A DNA stretch of 38,708 bases from Octopus bimaculoides. Taxonomy: Eukaryota. The stretch spans positions 67,029,326 to 67,068,033 of the forward strand of contig NC_068991.1 in the NCBI RefSeq assembly GCF_001194135.2, written 5' to 3'. Under the pieces are notes generated by a model. The model had not been told where the DNA came from and searched no databases. It was given only the letters and a program-made list of their open reading frames with translations. Positions 1 through 11,800 of the stretch are shown piece by piece. Both the position numbers and the translations under genes were made by a program. Position 1 is the stretch's first letter, and the number at the start of each line of letters is the position of its first letter.

Positions 1-479
1 AACAGTTATTTAAACAGTTATTCAATACAAAGAGTTAAACAGACACGAACTCACACCGCAACAGCAAACAAAATCTCGATGGGAAAAATTAATATATCTT
101 CCTTAGCACAAGAAAAAGACGTGTGTTGGCTCTCCGCAAAATGTCAGAAGTAATGGAGATTAAATACGCTTTACACCGCTTAGGAGTAAGTGTAAACAGC
201 TGAATACTTGTCAGTGATTGGTTGAAATTATCGAAATAAGACAATTTTTTACATGAAATAAATTCGAATACAAAAATTTTTTTCTGTTCTAATAACACAA
301 AGTAGATAAGTATACGAAGTTTGAAAGTCTTTCGGTACCAAAAACGCTACATAAAACATTAATGAAAACTGGTGCCCCCGTTTTGAACAAGATCCTATAA
401 TGCTGCTAAGACGGTTCTACTCCCTCTCACACCTTTCAGTTCCTCTTGTGCTAGCAGAAAAGTTAATCCTTTAGTGGGT

Positions 480-2100
480 TTTTAGCCAACTAATTTCATA
501 TAATGCTCGGTCATTCTTCGATAGCTGTTAGAATCAATCCGATGAGGAACAACAATAACTTGTGTGAGATTGTGAAGGTTTCATGTACATGAGGAATATA
601 TTCTGATTTACACAGCATGTACATTATCATTCAATAGAATTGGATGGCATTTGAATAAGGGAATGTTTCGTCTTGCCGTATTCCATTACTGGTGAAGGGG
701 ATTGAAGAAAGTTTAATCAACGAGAGGTCTTGTAGCAGGTATAGAGATGGTGAACACCATAGCTAGTCACAGGTAGTGTGCGAGAGAAAGAGATCGTTAC
801 CATTCCGTGCACATCTTTTATAGCTAGGTAACGAGCGCCACCTAGCTGCTAGCGATGTGACAGGGGAGATAATTAAAGATGACTCCCGTTGAAACATGAC
901 GTAACTGATTCAAATAAGATTGCCTACGTAACCCTCCCCCGGACCAAAAGAAGAGAAAAGGTCGAGAAGGCAAAGAGTTAAACCGTAGGCACTGAAGCAA
1001 GTAATTGCCTGGTGTTACACAAGGATGAGAAGAGATACCAAGGGCATGGAAAGGATAATCACGGAAAACGAAGAAACGCAAACAATGTATGCAAATACAA
1101 GAATGTGCAAAAAAAAAAGTGGAGAATCTGTATGGATGTATGTGATGCAAGGATAAGGCAGTGTGCCATTTGATGCAAGCTGAGGCAGTGTGCAGGATGT
1201 GCCAACTGGTGCAGGGTGCGGCAGTGTGCAGGGTATGCCAACTGGTGCAGTCAGGAGCATTTCATAGGTTTCTGTAGCGTTTTTGCTCAGTTTAATATAA
1301 AACATGTTTGCAAAGCGAGCTTCCAAACGAGCTTCCAGCTATGACGAGCAGCGTTTGGTAGGGTGTGTTCCAAGTACTGTTGCAGCCGTCTCCTTCAATT
1401 TGGAATAGCAAAAGTTGGCAGGTCAGCTTATTAGATGTATAGTAATGATATACTGAAATTACAATGATACAGAATAGTTACAACTGCCTCTCCTAAAAAA
1501 AAAAACGTCTCAAAATTTCTGGAATGCACCTCGTAAGTTAGTCAGAAATATCTGGGTGAAGGCAACAAGAAATCAACCAACTCCAACGAACAGAAACTAC
1601 TATAGTAATGAAAGAGGGGGAAAGAGGTGGTCCAGAGGCTGTAGTGGGTTGGTGAGCGACTTCATGCTAATCTGTCGAAAGCTTTTCTTTGGATGCAATC
1701 TGAGATGTCTGCATGTGTAGCAGCAGCATTGCTCCGGATACAGGAGCAGTATTCTATTGTGGGTCCCACCCCTGAGTTTTGTAAAAAAATTTAACGGTGT
1801 TTCAGACGCAGCCTTTGTTAAGTTGAAGAGTTGTGTTCTCTAGGAGATATTCTTAGTGATGGTGAGATGTAGTATTCGTGACGAGTTTAAGGATTCTAAT
1901 AGCATGTTGTTCATACCCAGAAGGGTGATACGATAATGGTTTTTGACATATGAAAGGATTGTGCCATTTTACTGTTGGGAGATAAAAAGATTGGCATGAC
2001 ATCCATTGGGAGATATTTTCGAGGTCTTTATTCGTGGATTCGGCATAGATTGAATGCGAGGTAATTTAAGACAATACATGACTGCAGAAGGTTAAAAGGT
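480..2100 (-). mobile_element. Highly decayed Penelope-like element (RT and GIY-YIG remnants)
   Basis: Frameshifted minus-strand translation gives RT-like pieces (LLENTTLQLN, FLQNSGV.G, FHPDI; ~1550-2010). Downstream in element orientation are GIY-YIG-like pieces (HLYTCYKTS, EYGKTKHSL, YRRMTEHYEISWLKT; ~480-770), in PLE domain order. Confidence 0.42.
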
Positions 2101-2164
2101 AAGAAATACGAGACTGTCACGAATAGAACACTTTTGCTGAGAGGTCTACCAGTTCAATTAGCAC

Positions 2165-2460
2165 TAACCTAATTAAGCAGCAAATTGTTAGAACCGTTAG
2201 AGTCGGACAAAATACCTAAGGTATTCAACTTCACTATTTATTTTTCCAACAGTTGCTAAAATAAAGAACCTATGATGTAAGGCGGAAAATAAGCTGAATC
2301 GTCAGCCTGCCGGGCAAAACGCTTAGTAGCATTTCGTCTGTCTGTGTGCTTTGAGCTCAAATTCCGTCGAGGTTAACTTTACATTTCATCCTTTTGGAAT
2401 CGATCAAATAAGTACCAGTGGAACACTGAGGTCTGTGTAATCAATTAGGCCCCTATTCCA
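2165..2460 (+). mobile_element. tRNA-derived SINE, family C (tail GTCGACTTTGCCTTTCATCC...AAGTACCAG)
   Basis: Related copies at ~17598-17705 (-), 23664-23860 (+) and 37688-37895 (+); degenerate Pol III A/B boxes. Confidence 0.65.
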
Positions 2461-3321
2461 AACTTACTGGCTTCGTGTCAAACTTTAAAACTAATATTCC
2501 TATAATACCTTCTATTATGGTGTTATAATAGAAAGATAAGACGTGACACAATCGAGGAATACGCAACAAGAACATCAAACAACAATATAATCACGGAAGA
2601 GAACAAATGAAGAGAAATTAAGTAAACTTGGCACCTCGTAAATTTATTGGTATGACATTTGCCATGAAAACCTTTTGGCTCCTGTGCCGCCTCTCTAAAT
2701 ATGACTGTCATGTGTCAAAAAATGATTCTTAACGTTTTCACTAATATAGGTTTTATATAAAAGTTTCCTCCTCCTATTCTTCACCAAGGTAACCCACAAG
2801 ACAATGGGATTTTAGAGTTCGGACTTTCTATCTCCTAGATGGGTGTTATGACTAGAACTAGAAATCCAACACTCCTAAGACATTCATTCATCAACTTCTG
2901 TGTCGCTTATATCTATCTGCCATGTAATAATATTACAAAACCTCACTAGAGATGAAATTAAAGATATAGAGACACATCCCATCTATGCTTTTGATGTGCA
3001 GAAAAAAAAAGCAAGAGAAAGCAGTGGTAGAGTCTCCAGACAAACCGTTTCACAATTTGTTGACTGCGCCTCAGAGAAGGCGAACGTGGTTTCCCATCCG
3101 AATCGATAAGTATAAAGTATGCATCTTTGATATAATGCAGTTGTAATTTAAGCTTGTACCTTAGTGGGTAGCTTAATTTACATATTTGTACGTTTAACGA
3201 GTCGCGATTAATTAAATAAAATGTTTGTTTTTTTTATTTACCAAAAGTGGGTGTTTATGTTTGTTCGTAACTACAAAGGTACCAAAAGCATGGTAGATAC
3301 AAACAAGTCATACTCACTCAG

Positions 3322-3322
<1 letters not shown>

Positions 3323-3356
<34 letters not shown>
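3323..3356. repeat. (GT)n microsatellite
   Basis: Directly visible. Confidence 0.95.
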
Positions 3357-3358
<2 letters not shown>

Positions 3359-3775
3359 AATCATAGCGATTGAACATTGATATTTTTGTAGGAGGCTTAA
3401 GTTGTTACGATCCGATGGAGGAGCCTCCATGTAGGGGTCAAATCTCCTTCAAATATATGATATGGTGATCACAGAAGGAAGACTATTCGATCTTAGATGT
3501 TTTTGCTCAGAGCTAACCAGGGACTAAACAAACAGCTAGATTGTCATGTCCCTTACTGGATGTTTTGAATAGCGTATCACCTAATAGCATTTTTCATAGA
3601 ACAGTTAAGTCACAATTTAATGTGTTGCAGCACTGTTATGATCCAGTTAACGTAAAAGTGGGTAAGCTCCAAACGGGAATCGAAATCAGACTGTCTTAAG
3701 CCAATCGCCAAACATTAGGAGGAACCGTGCCATCTCAGCGATCCTTATGACCCAAATACAATCACATTTCAAACA

Positions 3776-3837
3776 CCGGAAATAAGTTGTTTCAGCTCAG
3801 CCATCTACTGCGCGTGCGCAGTGAATCCCCACGTGTT
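3776..3837 (+). promoter_or_regulatory. WDR43 proximal motif cluster: ETS-like CCGGAAAT (3776), NRF1-type TGCGCGTGCGCA (3809-3820), E-box CACGTG (3830-3835)
   Basis: Three GC-rich housekeeping motifs lie within 70 nt of the ATG in an AT-rich background. The NRF1 site matches YGCGCAYGCGCR on the reverse strand. Confidence 0.65.
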
Positions 3838-3846
3838 TGTCTCTTA

Positions 3847-4032
3847 ATGATGGCTGCCACAGAAGTTGTGAAATTCTCTCCCAATGGCAATTATTTAATA
3901 CATTCTTCCGTTGATGGCATCATTAAAGTTTGGGAAACTCGGACAGGCACATTAAAAGATGAGTTTACTCCAAGTTCACATTTAGCGGCGACTTGTAGCT
4001 GCCTCGCTTGGCATCCCGCTATCCGATCTCCG
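3847..4032 (+). CDS. WDR43: WDR43 exon 1 (coding part)
   Basis: ATGATG start; [62 protein letters not shown]; donor GTAAGC at 4033. Confidence 0.92.
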
Positions 4033-7000
4033 GTAAGCTAACACCGTTTTCTTCCTTACAATAGTTTTTTTTTTAATGTATTTTCTCTTTTATCTTTCTA
4101 AATTACAAGTTTACTTTGATGTTTCAAATTTTCCTGGCTGTTTCGTGTATGGCTCAGGGACAGCTGTTTGCTTTATTTTCAGCAATTGCTTGTCTCATCA
4201 AACTTCTGCAGCATGTTATTGTTTATTACATATGCGTTGAAACATTGCCCTGTCACTAATTATCACCATGTGCTCGTTTAAGTTTACACGTTTTAATAAA
4301 TCGTCGGGGCTATATTGAACTTTTTGTCTGATGTATACTAAAAAATTATTGTACGTATAATTTGAAAAATAGATATCATTCCATCGACTTGAATATAAAG
4401 TAATCGAGAGATGTAGAGATTTTATTTTTTCTAACATTCGATTTAGTAAATGAAACGTATTGATTGATTGGTTTCCAACTGTATTTTACATATGCTTTTA
4501 TTTATTTTTCAAAGAAGTATAATATTATTATTATTATTTTTCTGATTCTCTAATTCTGACTTCCAATCCTAACCCTAACCATATTTTTAATTTAATAAAA
4601 ATTCTAACTTCAAGTTGTGTATTGGACTCTTGTACTGTCGCACCTGTTTTAGTCGTTTTGTTAAACAGCATAACAGTTTTTCGGTATTTTTTTGTCAATT
4701 ACACCCATAATGACAGGTAAACCTAAATGCTAATAAAATTCCACACCTTCGAATTAAAACGATTCAGCTCGTGGAATCAATCCCAAGTTTTCTGTTTAGG
4801 TGAAAACCAGATTTGATCAAAATAGACCCGTTGGTCTAAGTACTCTAACCCTGACTATCCTGCCTTTTTTCCTGGCATGATGTATCTAGGATTGCATTAT
4901 TCAGTATATCCTTCCGCTTTTTTATGGCTCTAGTATGTAATTTAAAGCAGATTTGACTGTTATTTTTAGCCGATCGACCAATTGAAAAGGCTCCCTCATT
5001 CAAGAGTAATGTTTATGATAAACTTAACGGCAGCTCTCCGTTCGGACAGAGTCCCCACCTAGTAGTATAGTACATTTAACAAATAGATAATGAGAGTGTC
5101 TCTAAAACTCGGTCTGCTAGACATAACAGCCAAGTATTCATTAAATTACACCGCATCTTCAAAAAAAAGATGTTGGATAATGTCCTAGAAACCTATCTGG
5201 AGAACAAGAACAGGAAGTCCCAGCTGGAAGGTCCTTTATCATATCATATTTACCAGTCTTAACAGGGTCCTAAAGTACCACTATTGCAAGCGGTCGACCT
5301 ACTCCGCATTTTCATGCTGGCATGGGTTGGACGGTTTGATAGGAGCTGCCCAGGTTCTAATTGTCTGCTTTGATATGCTTTCTATAGTTGGATGCCCTTC
5401 CTAAAGCCAACCATTTCACAGAGTGTACTGGGTGCTTCTTACGTGACACCAGCACATTATCCACTTTGATCAGCCGACAATAGTCTAACTATTAACACTT
5501 TAAAAGAAGTAATCTAAATCTGATATTTGCCTCCCATCTACAATATGAAACTGATGGTTAGGAATTGTCCTGAGGAAATATACTTCCATAGTATGGAATA
5601 CACACCAGCTGCAGGAAAGCTCAGGCCATTTTAAACAGAATCTAAAAATAAAATTCCTTTCTCGTTTTCTCTCAATATTATTTTCTAAATCTGAAATAAC
5701 AATCAAAGTGTCATTGTTTCTTGCAATGATTTGTAGACACCGTAACCAAATCTTCCTCAAATAGAACCCCACTGTCTTTACAGGAGAATGATGTATTGGA
5801 TAACATGATCCTAAATATACAATGTCTGGATAAAAGACAACACAAAATCACGGCTGATCAACTACAAGCAAAGTCAAGTACTGGCTCTTTAAAAGCTGCT
5901 ATGAATGGACAGATTATAGATTGTGCAGTTTTAAATGTTTATCAGTTGGTATTGGGTTGTTCCTGGAGTAGCAGTAGCTTTTAGTGTCGGGGGTGGCAGA
6001 CCTGAAGAACCATTTGTTTTTTATTACTTGCATTTTTTATTGTGGTTTGATTAAACACAAATTCTTTAAATGTTTTAATGATGCTTTCAAATTGCATGTT
6101 GATAATGAATGTTAGTCAGCCATGGTGAAATGAAGCAGCACCATTACAGAGCATAGACACTGTTCAAAATGTCTAAAGTGTCAAAGAACAAAATTGGATA
6201 TCAAGCAGGAGTTGCTGGTTATTAACAATTACATTCAAAACACTGGATTAACTTAATTAGTAGTCATTAAAAAGAGAGAAACGGGGAAGTGATATATCCT
6301 TAGAAATGATAAAACCTACCTTGGGGTTTCTCAGTTCTTGGTTATATATCATTGTTTTTAAATTTTCTTTCATCCATGGCATCATCATCATTTAATGGCC
6401 ATTTTCCATGTTGGCATGGGTTGAACAATTTAACAGGAGCCATGCCAGGTTCCATTGCCTGTTTTGGCATGGTTTCTACAGTTGGATGCCTTTTCCGTAC
6501 GCCAACCACTTGACAGTATACTGGGTGCTTTTTATGTGACACCAACACCAGTGCATTTCATGTGTTACCATATATATATACACACAGAATTTGATTTGTT
6601 TTTATGAATGCCTGTTTTCAAACTGATGACTGTTCTGGTTCAGGCACTGCTGATAAATTGAAGCAATGATCAACGAATATTTTATTTGATATTTGTGTGC
6701 ATTCAAGAACTGTCAATTCATCAAATATTAATGGATTTGAACTGTAAGTCTTTCAAAATTCTCCATATAATAAAGCTTAGTGATGAGAGGTCTGATGAGC
6801 ATAGACGATATGCTAATTAACTTCTTTGGGTAATCCACCTGTCTGATCAAGGCAGGCCCTTACATTACTATGGTAGTAGCAGGGAAGCAGATTCAAAGCC
6901 TTGTTGTATACTTGGCATGTCAAGAGTGTCTTGAGTAACTGGCACCGGTCACAATACTGTCAAAAAAGAATGGTCCAATTTTTTTTGCTAATAAGTTACA

Positions 7001-7596
7001 CTATACTGTAACTCCTGGTAAATTAACATGGCGTTCCTGTATGATATGCAGATTCTCAGGTCCCAAGTAGCTGCAATTGTGGTTAATTGAGCCATTTAAT
7101 TTAAATGTGGCCACATCACTCTAAACAATCTTTGTTGGAAAGTGTGCATTTTTGATACATTTTGCCAAATACGTCTCACAAAACTCCATTCTTCAGTCAG
7201 GATCATTTTGTTTTGAGAACATGGACTATTCTTGGACGATAACTTTTCTAATAACAGTGCTTCAAAATGTGAAGCTCACTTGATATTGAAATGCTGCCAA
7301 TTCATTTGTCTTCCAGAATATTTCTTGTGGACATTCTGAACAGTTCCTTCTACTTCAGGTTTATCTCTAATTTGAATGATGTTGAGTTGCATAGGTGGTT
7401 CTGTTTGTAATTCACCCCCAAACTATCTTTGCATTTCAACTGCATATTTCAAGCTTCCTGCAGCACTTTAGGCTAAATTTCCTTTGCTCAAAGTTTTCTC
7501 TGGTTCCCTTTGTTGTTTCTCAAGGGTTAATCTAAAAAGAAATGAAAATTGAATTATCAGCAGTTAAAGTGTATATACATATTGGGGCAGATCCTG

Positions 7597-7641
<45 letters not shown>

Positions 7642-8841
7642 TCATCATTATCGTTGTTTAACGTCCACTTTCCATGCTGACATGGGTTGGACGGTTTGAC
7701 AGAGGATTGGCAAGCCAGCTGGATGCCTTTCCTAATGCCAACCACTCCAAGAGTGTAGTAAGTGCTTTTTACATGCCACCAGCACAGGGGCAAGTCAGGT
7801 GGCACTGGTATCGAACATGCTCAAATGGTGTTTTTTTACATGCCACCGGCACAGGAGCCAGTCAGGCGAAACTGGCATTGATCACACTTGAATGGTGCTT
7901 TTTATGTGCCACCAGCACCGGTGCCAGTCAGGCGGCACTGGCATCAGCCATGGCTTCAATTTCACTTGACTCAACGATTCTAGACCTTGCTTCCACACCT
8001 GTAACTTCTTCTAGTTCTGGTAGTGACTCAGCTATTAGAGCAAGGTCACCAGTACATAGAGGAACTCCCAGGGGCAGCCTGTCTTGAATTCCTCTGTTAT
8101 TACCTGGAGGACTATGATGAATAAGAAGGGGCTGAGGACTGATCTTTGGTGATCCCCTACTTCTACCTGGAATTCTTCACTCTACTCATTGCCAACCCTC
8201 ACCTTACTGACAATATCCCTGTATATGACTTGAACAGCTCTCACCAACCACTCATCTATCCCTAGTTTCTGCATTACTAAGACTTTGGTTTTTGCAAGAT
8301 TGACTCTAAGGCCCTTCGATTCTAGACCTTGCTTCCACAGCTGAAACTTCTCTAGTTCTGGTAGTACTCAGCTATTAGAACAAGGTCATTGGTGCATAGA
8401 CGAGCTCCCAGAGGCAGCCAGTTGAATTCTGATATTGCCTGGAGGACTGTGACAAATAAGAGGGGGCTGAGGACTGATCCTTGGTGATCCCCTACTTCTA
8501 CCCAGAATTCTTATACTTGTTGCCAACCCTCACCTTACTGACAGTATCTCTGTACATGACTTGAACAGCTCTCACCAACCACTCTTCTATCCTTAGTTTC
8601 TGCATTGACCACCAGATAAGTGATTGGGGTATCCTGTCAAAGGCTTTCTCCATGTCAACGAAGGCCAAATACAGAGGTTTATCCTGCAGCTGTATTACCA
8701 GAAATATAGCATCAGTGGTGCTTCTCTCTGGCACAAACCTAAACTGCATCTTGTCTAAACTAACTCTCTCCCTGCTANNNNNNNNNNCTTCTCTCTGGCA
8801 CAAACCTAAACTGCATCTTGTCTAAACTAACTCTCTCCCTG

Positions 8842-8876
<35 letters not shown>

Positions 8877-11800
8877 TATATGTGTGTGTGTGTGTGTGCC
8901 CTGTTTTTCTTTTCAAGATATGTTTTAAGACTGACTTCAGTGCTAAACATTTACAGTTATCTTCAAATTTTCCCGTTTTTAATAGTTGATTTGTTTATAT
9001 TTTCAGGAAAATTTACCAAAGAGTAAAAAGAGAAAAAAATCTCTAGATGAAACAACTTCTACGGCTGAGAGCCTGGATCTGGTTGCACTTGGCACTGCAG
9101 CTGGAAATGTCTTTTTGTACAGTGTGTTAAAGGGTGATGTACACAGTCGTTTGGTAAGTTAGGTTTTTAATTGTGATAAATGACACTAATTGAACACTTT
9201 TATTGTTGATTAGTCCTAGATCAACCCTGATCCAGAAGATCTATAATCAAAGGGGTTACAATTGTGACCCTCCCATCTTTTATTCATATGTAGTGTACAG
9301 TTGACAACTATGTCCAACCAATATCACCATAGAAAAATGGACATAAAAATTAACATCTTTAATCGAAAAACTGGATTTTGCTAAGTAATATCCGTAAGGA
9401 CACTAGTTAAAAACTGTATTAACCCTTGCCTTCCGATCATTGGTGATGTCGAGAAGCGAGACTTCTGTGTGTAGTTAAATTACTGCTCTTTCATGTAAAA
9501 GAAAATCCTCTCTATCTTTTGGAGAGGTACAAATGGAACCATTTGTTGGTTTTGGTTTCACAAGACATTTCAGATTTGATGTATTCCAACAGATTGATTA
9601 GTTATTGCATTTTCATAACTATTTTTACTGTCTGCTCATTGTGTAGTAATGTTGTTGATTGAGGTGTATGGGTGTGCCATGTCTACAAACTTTATGTAAT
9701 TCCTGTTTTGAAATTTCATTAAACTTGATCAGTTAAATTAACCCTTCACTCACTTTCTACTCTTCTTTGATAGGAAAACGGTCACAGTCTCATTGTAAAT
9801 GATATCTGCTGGCATCCAGAAAGAAATGTTTTATACACATGCTCCAGTGATCAGCACATTGCGGAGTGGGATCTATCACTTGGTAAAGTAAATCAGTAAG
9901 TAAACACATTTCCATGTCTTGCTGCTCGTACACTGCACCTTACCATTACCACTAACTTCCAGACAAGCCAATAATAGTGCCTCTACTTAGCCACTCCATT
10001 TGATTTATAATAAAAGCAGCCAAGTGTTACTCAAATCAAATTTCATTGTCTTAAGAAGAAAACGACATATTAGATGATGTGGTTCTAGATTGATATAGCT
10101 ATATTTGAAAATGTCAGGCTGGTCGCTGCCGGAATATGTTCTCTCCTAGGGCTGCATTCTGTACATATATTACTCTTTACTCTCCTTTACTTGTTTCAGT
10201 CATTTTACTGTGGCCATGCTGGAGCACCGCCTTTAGTTGAGCAAATTGACCCCAGGACTTATTCTTTGGAAGCCTAGTACTTATTCTATCGGTCCCTTTT
10301 GCTGAACCGCTAAGTTATGGGGGATGTAAACACACCAGCATCAGTTGTCAAGTGATGTTGAGGGGACAAACAGACACACAAACATATACACACACATATA
10401 TATATACATATATACGACGGGCTTCTTTCAGTTTTCCGTCTACCAAATCCACTCACAAGGCTTTGGTCGGCCCGAGACTATAGTAGAAGACACTTGCCCA
10501 AGGTGCCATGCAGTGGGAATGAACCCAGAACCATGTGGTTGGTAAGCAAGCTACTTACCACACAGCCACTTCTGCACCTGTATTCTGTATGATTCTACAT
10601 AATTTGCCACATCATTCATGACTGAACTGCTATATGTTAAATCTGAGAGGCCATGCATAAGTTCTGTTTGACGCAACAATTAATAACCATTTTTCCATTC
10701 ATCACAAAATGGTGTTTGGATACAGAATGAATAATGATCTACTTGAAAAACAGGTATGTGTTAGCAAGGAAGTACCTTATTCTTCGCCGCTTGCTATCAG
10801 AAATACAATGAAGCAGTTGGAACTCTCTTGTTCTTCAGATGTAATATAAAATAGAATTAAATAAAAAAGAGTTTGCTGTGAACTCGTTTTATTTTTGCTT
10901 GAAAATAATTACTCTGTGCTGCTGAAACATTTGTTCAGCAGTGCTTTGCAGGCTTGAAAGTAGACAGTCACAGTTGGTCAATAAAACATTTTTTACAAAG
11001 TTTCAACAGTTTATAAACATTTGCATTTAGCTTATTACTCTTGGTTACTTATATTTCAGTAAATGGAAAGCTAGCAACAATATATTACAGAGCATATGTC
11101 TACCATCAAAGAACACATTAATATCAGCCGGGAACCTTATTAAATTATGGGATCTCGATAAATATGAAGTAATAAAGGTAAGAACTGAATATTTCTCACT
11201 GCATGAACTTTTTTTTTTTAAATAAGGGAGGCAATTAAGTTTGCTTCAGTCTTTTGATAAATTTGTCCAGTTTCCACAAATAATGATGATTTCAAACTGG
11301 CACAAGGGCCAAGGATTTAAACAATGATGTCAGTCTCAGTACTGTGAGAACATGTGGCCTCATGGTGAGGATGTTGGACTTACACTCATATGGTTGTGGT
11401 TTCGATGTCTCGACCAGGTGGCACGTTAGCTCATTCCACTCAGCTGAAAACTAGGTGCCAACAACAGCTGGAGTTCACTCTGTGATGGACTGACGTCCCA
11501 TCCAGTGGCTGTACTTTGGGTCATCCAATACATCTTCAAACCAGGACAAACTCTGGCCTAAGTCGTTTAACTCCTGACAGACCTAAGACTTGATTAGTGC
11601 TTAATTAATTGACCATGGCAGGATGAAAGGGTACATTGGGGTTGAATTCAACATGAAGAAACATGACTAAGTACCATTATGTCATTTCTTCTAATCTACT
11701 ACCCTATCTGAATTCACAATGTCAATTAGTGTGTTATTTAATGAACCATTATAAAAATAAAGAAACTATAGAATGTGTAGTTAGAAGAGTGAGGATTTCA

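Noticed and set aside
1150-1260. Short 36-bp direct repeats that look CRISPR-like
   Set aside because: Only two to three degenerate head-to-tail units, no unique spacers, and a eukaryotic context.
3787-3846. Upstream TTG start for WDR43 and GTG start (34550) for DDX31 in the ORF track
   Set aside because: These are prokaryote-style starts; the extensions run through promoter/5' UTR motifs, and in-frame ATGs fit the homologous N-termini.
4566-4580. CCTAACCCTAACC telomere-like motif
   Set aside because: About two units only; expected by chance or from a repeat fragment.
6792-6845. CTGATGA followed by a perfect GCATA/TATGC stem, like hammerhead helix II
   Set aside because: GAAA is replaced by TAAT and no NUH with helix I/III register exists.
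11283-11350. ATGATGA C-box candidate in intron 4 (similar ones near 5788, 6624, 10588 and 22189)
   Set aside because: None combines a canonical C box, a properly spaced CTGA and a terminal stem; some lie in repeats.
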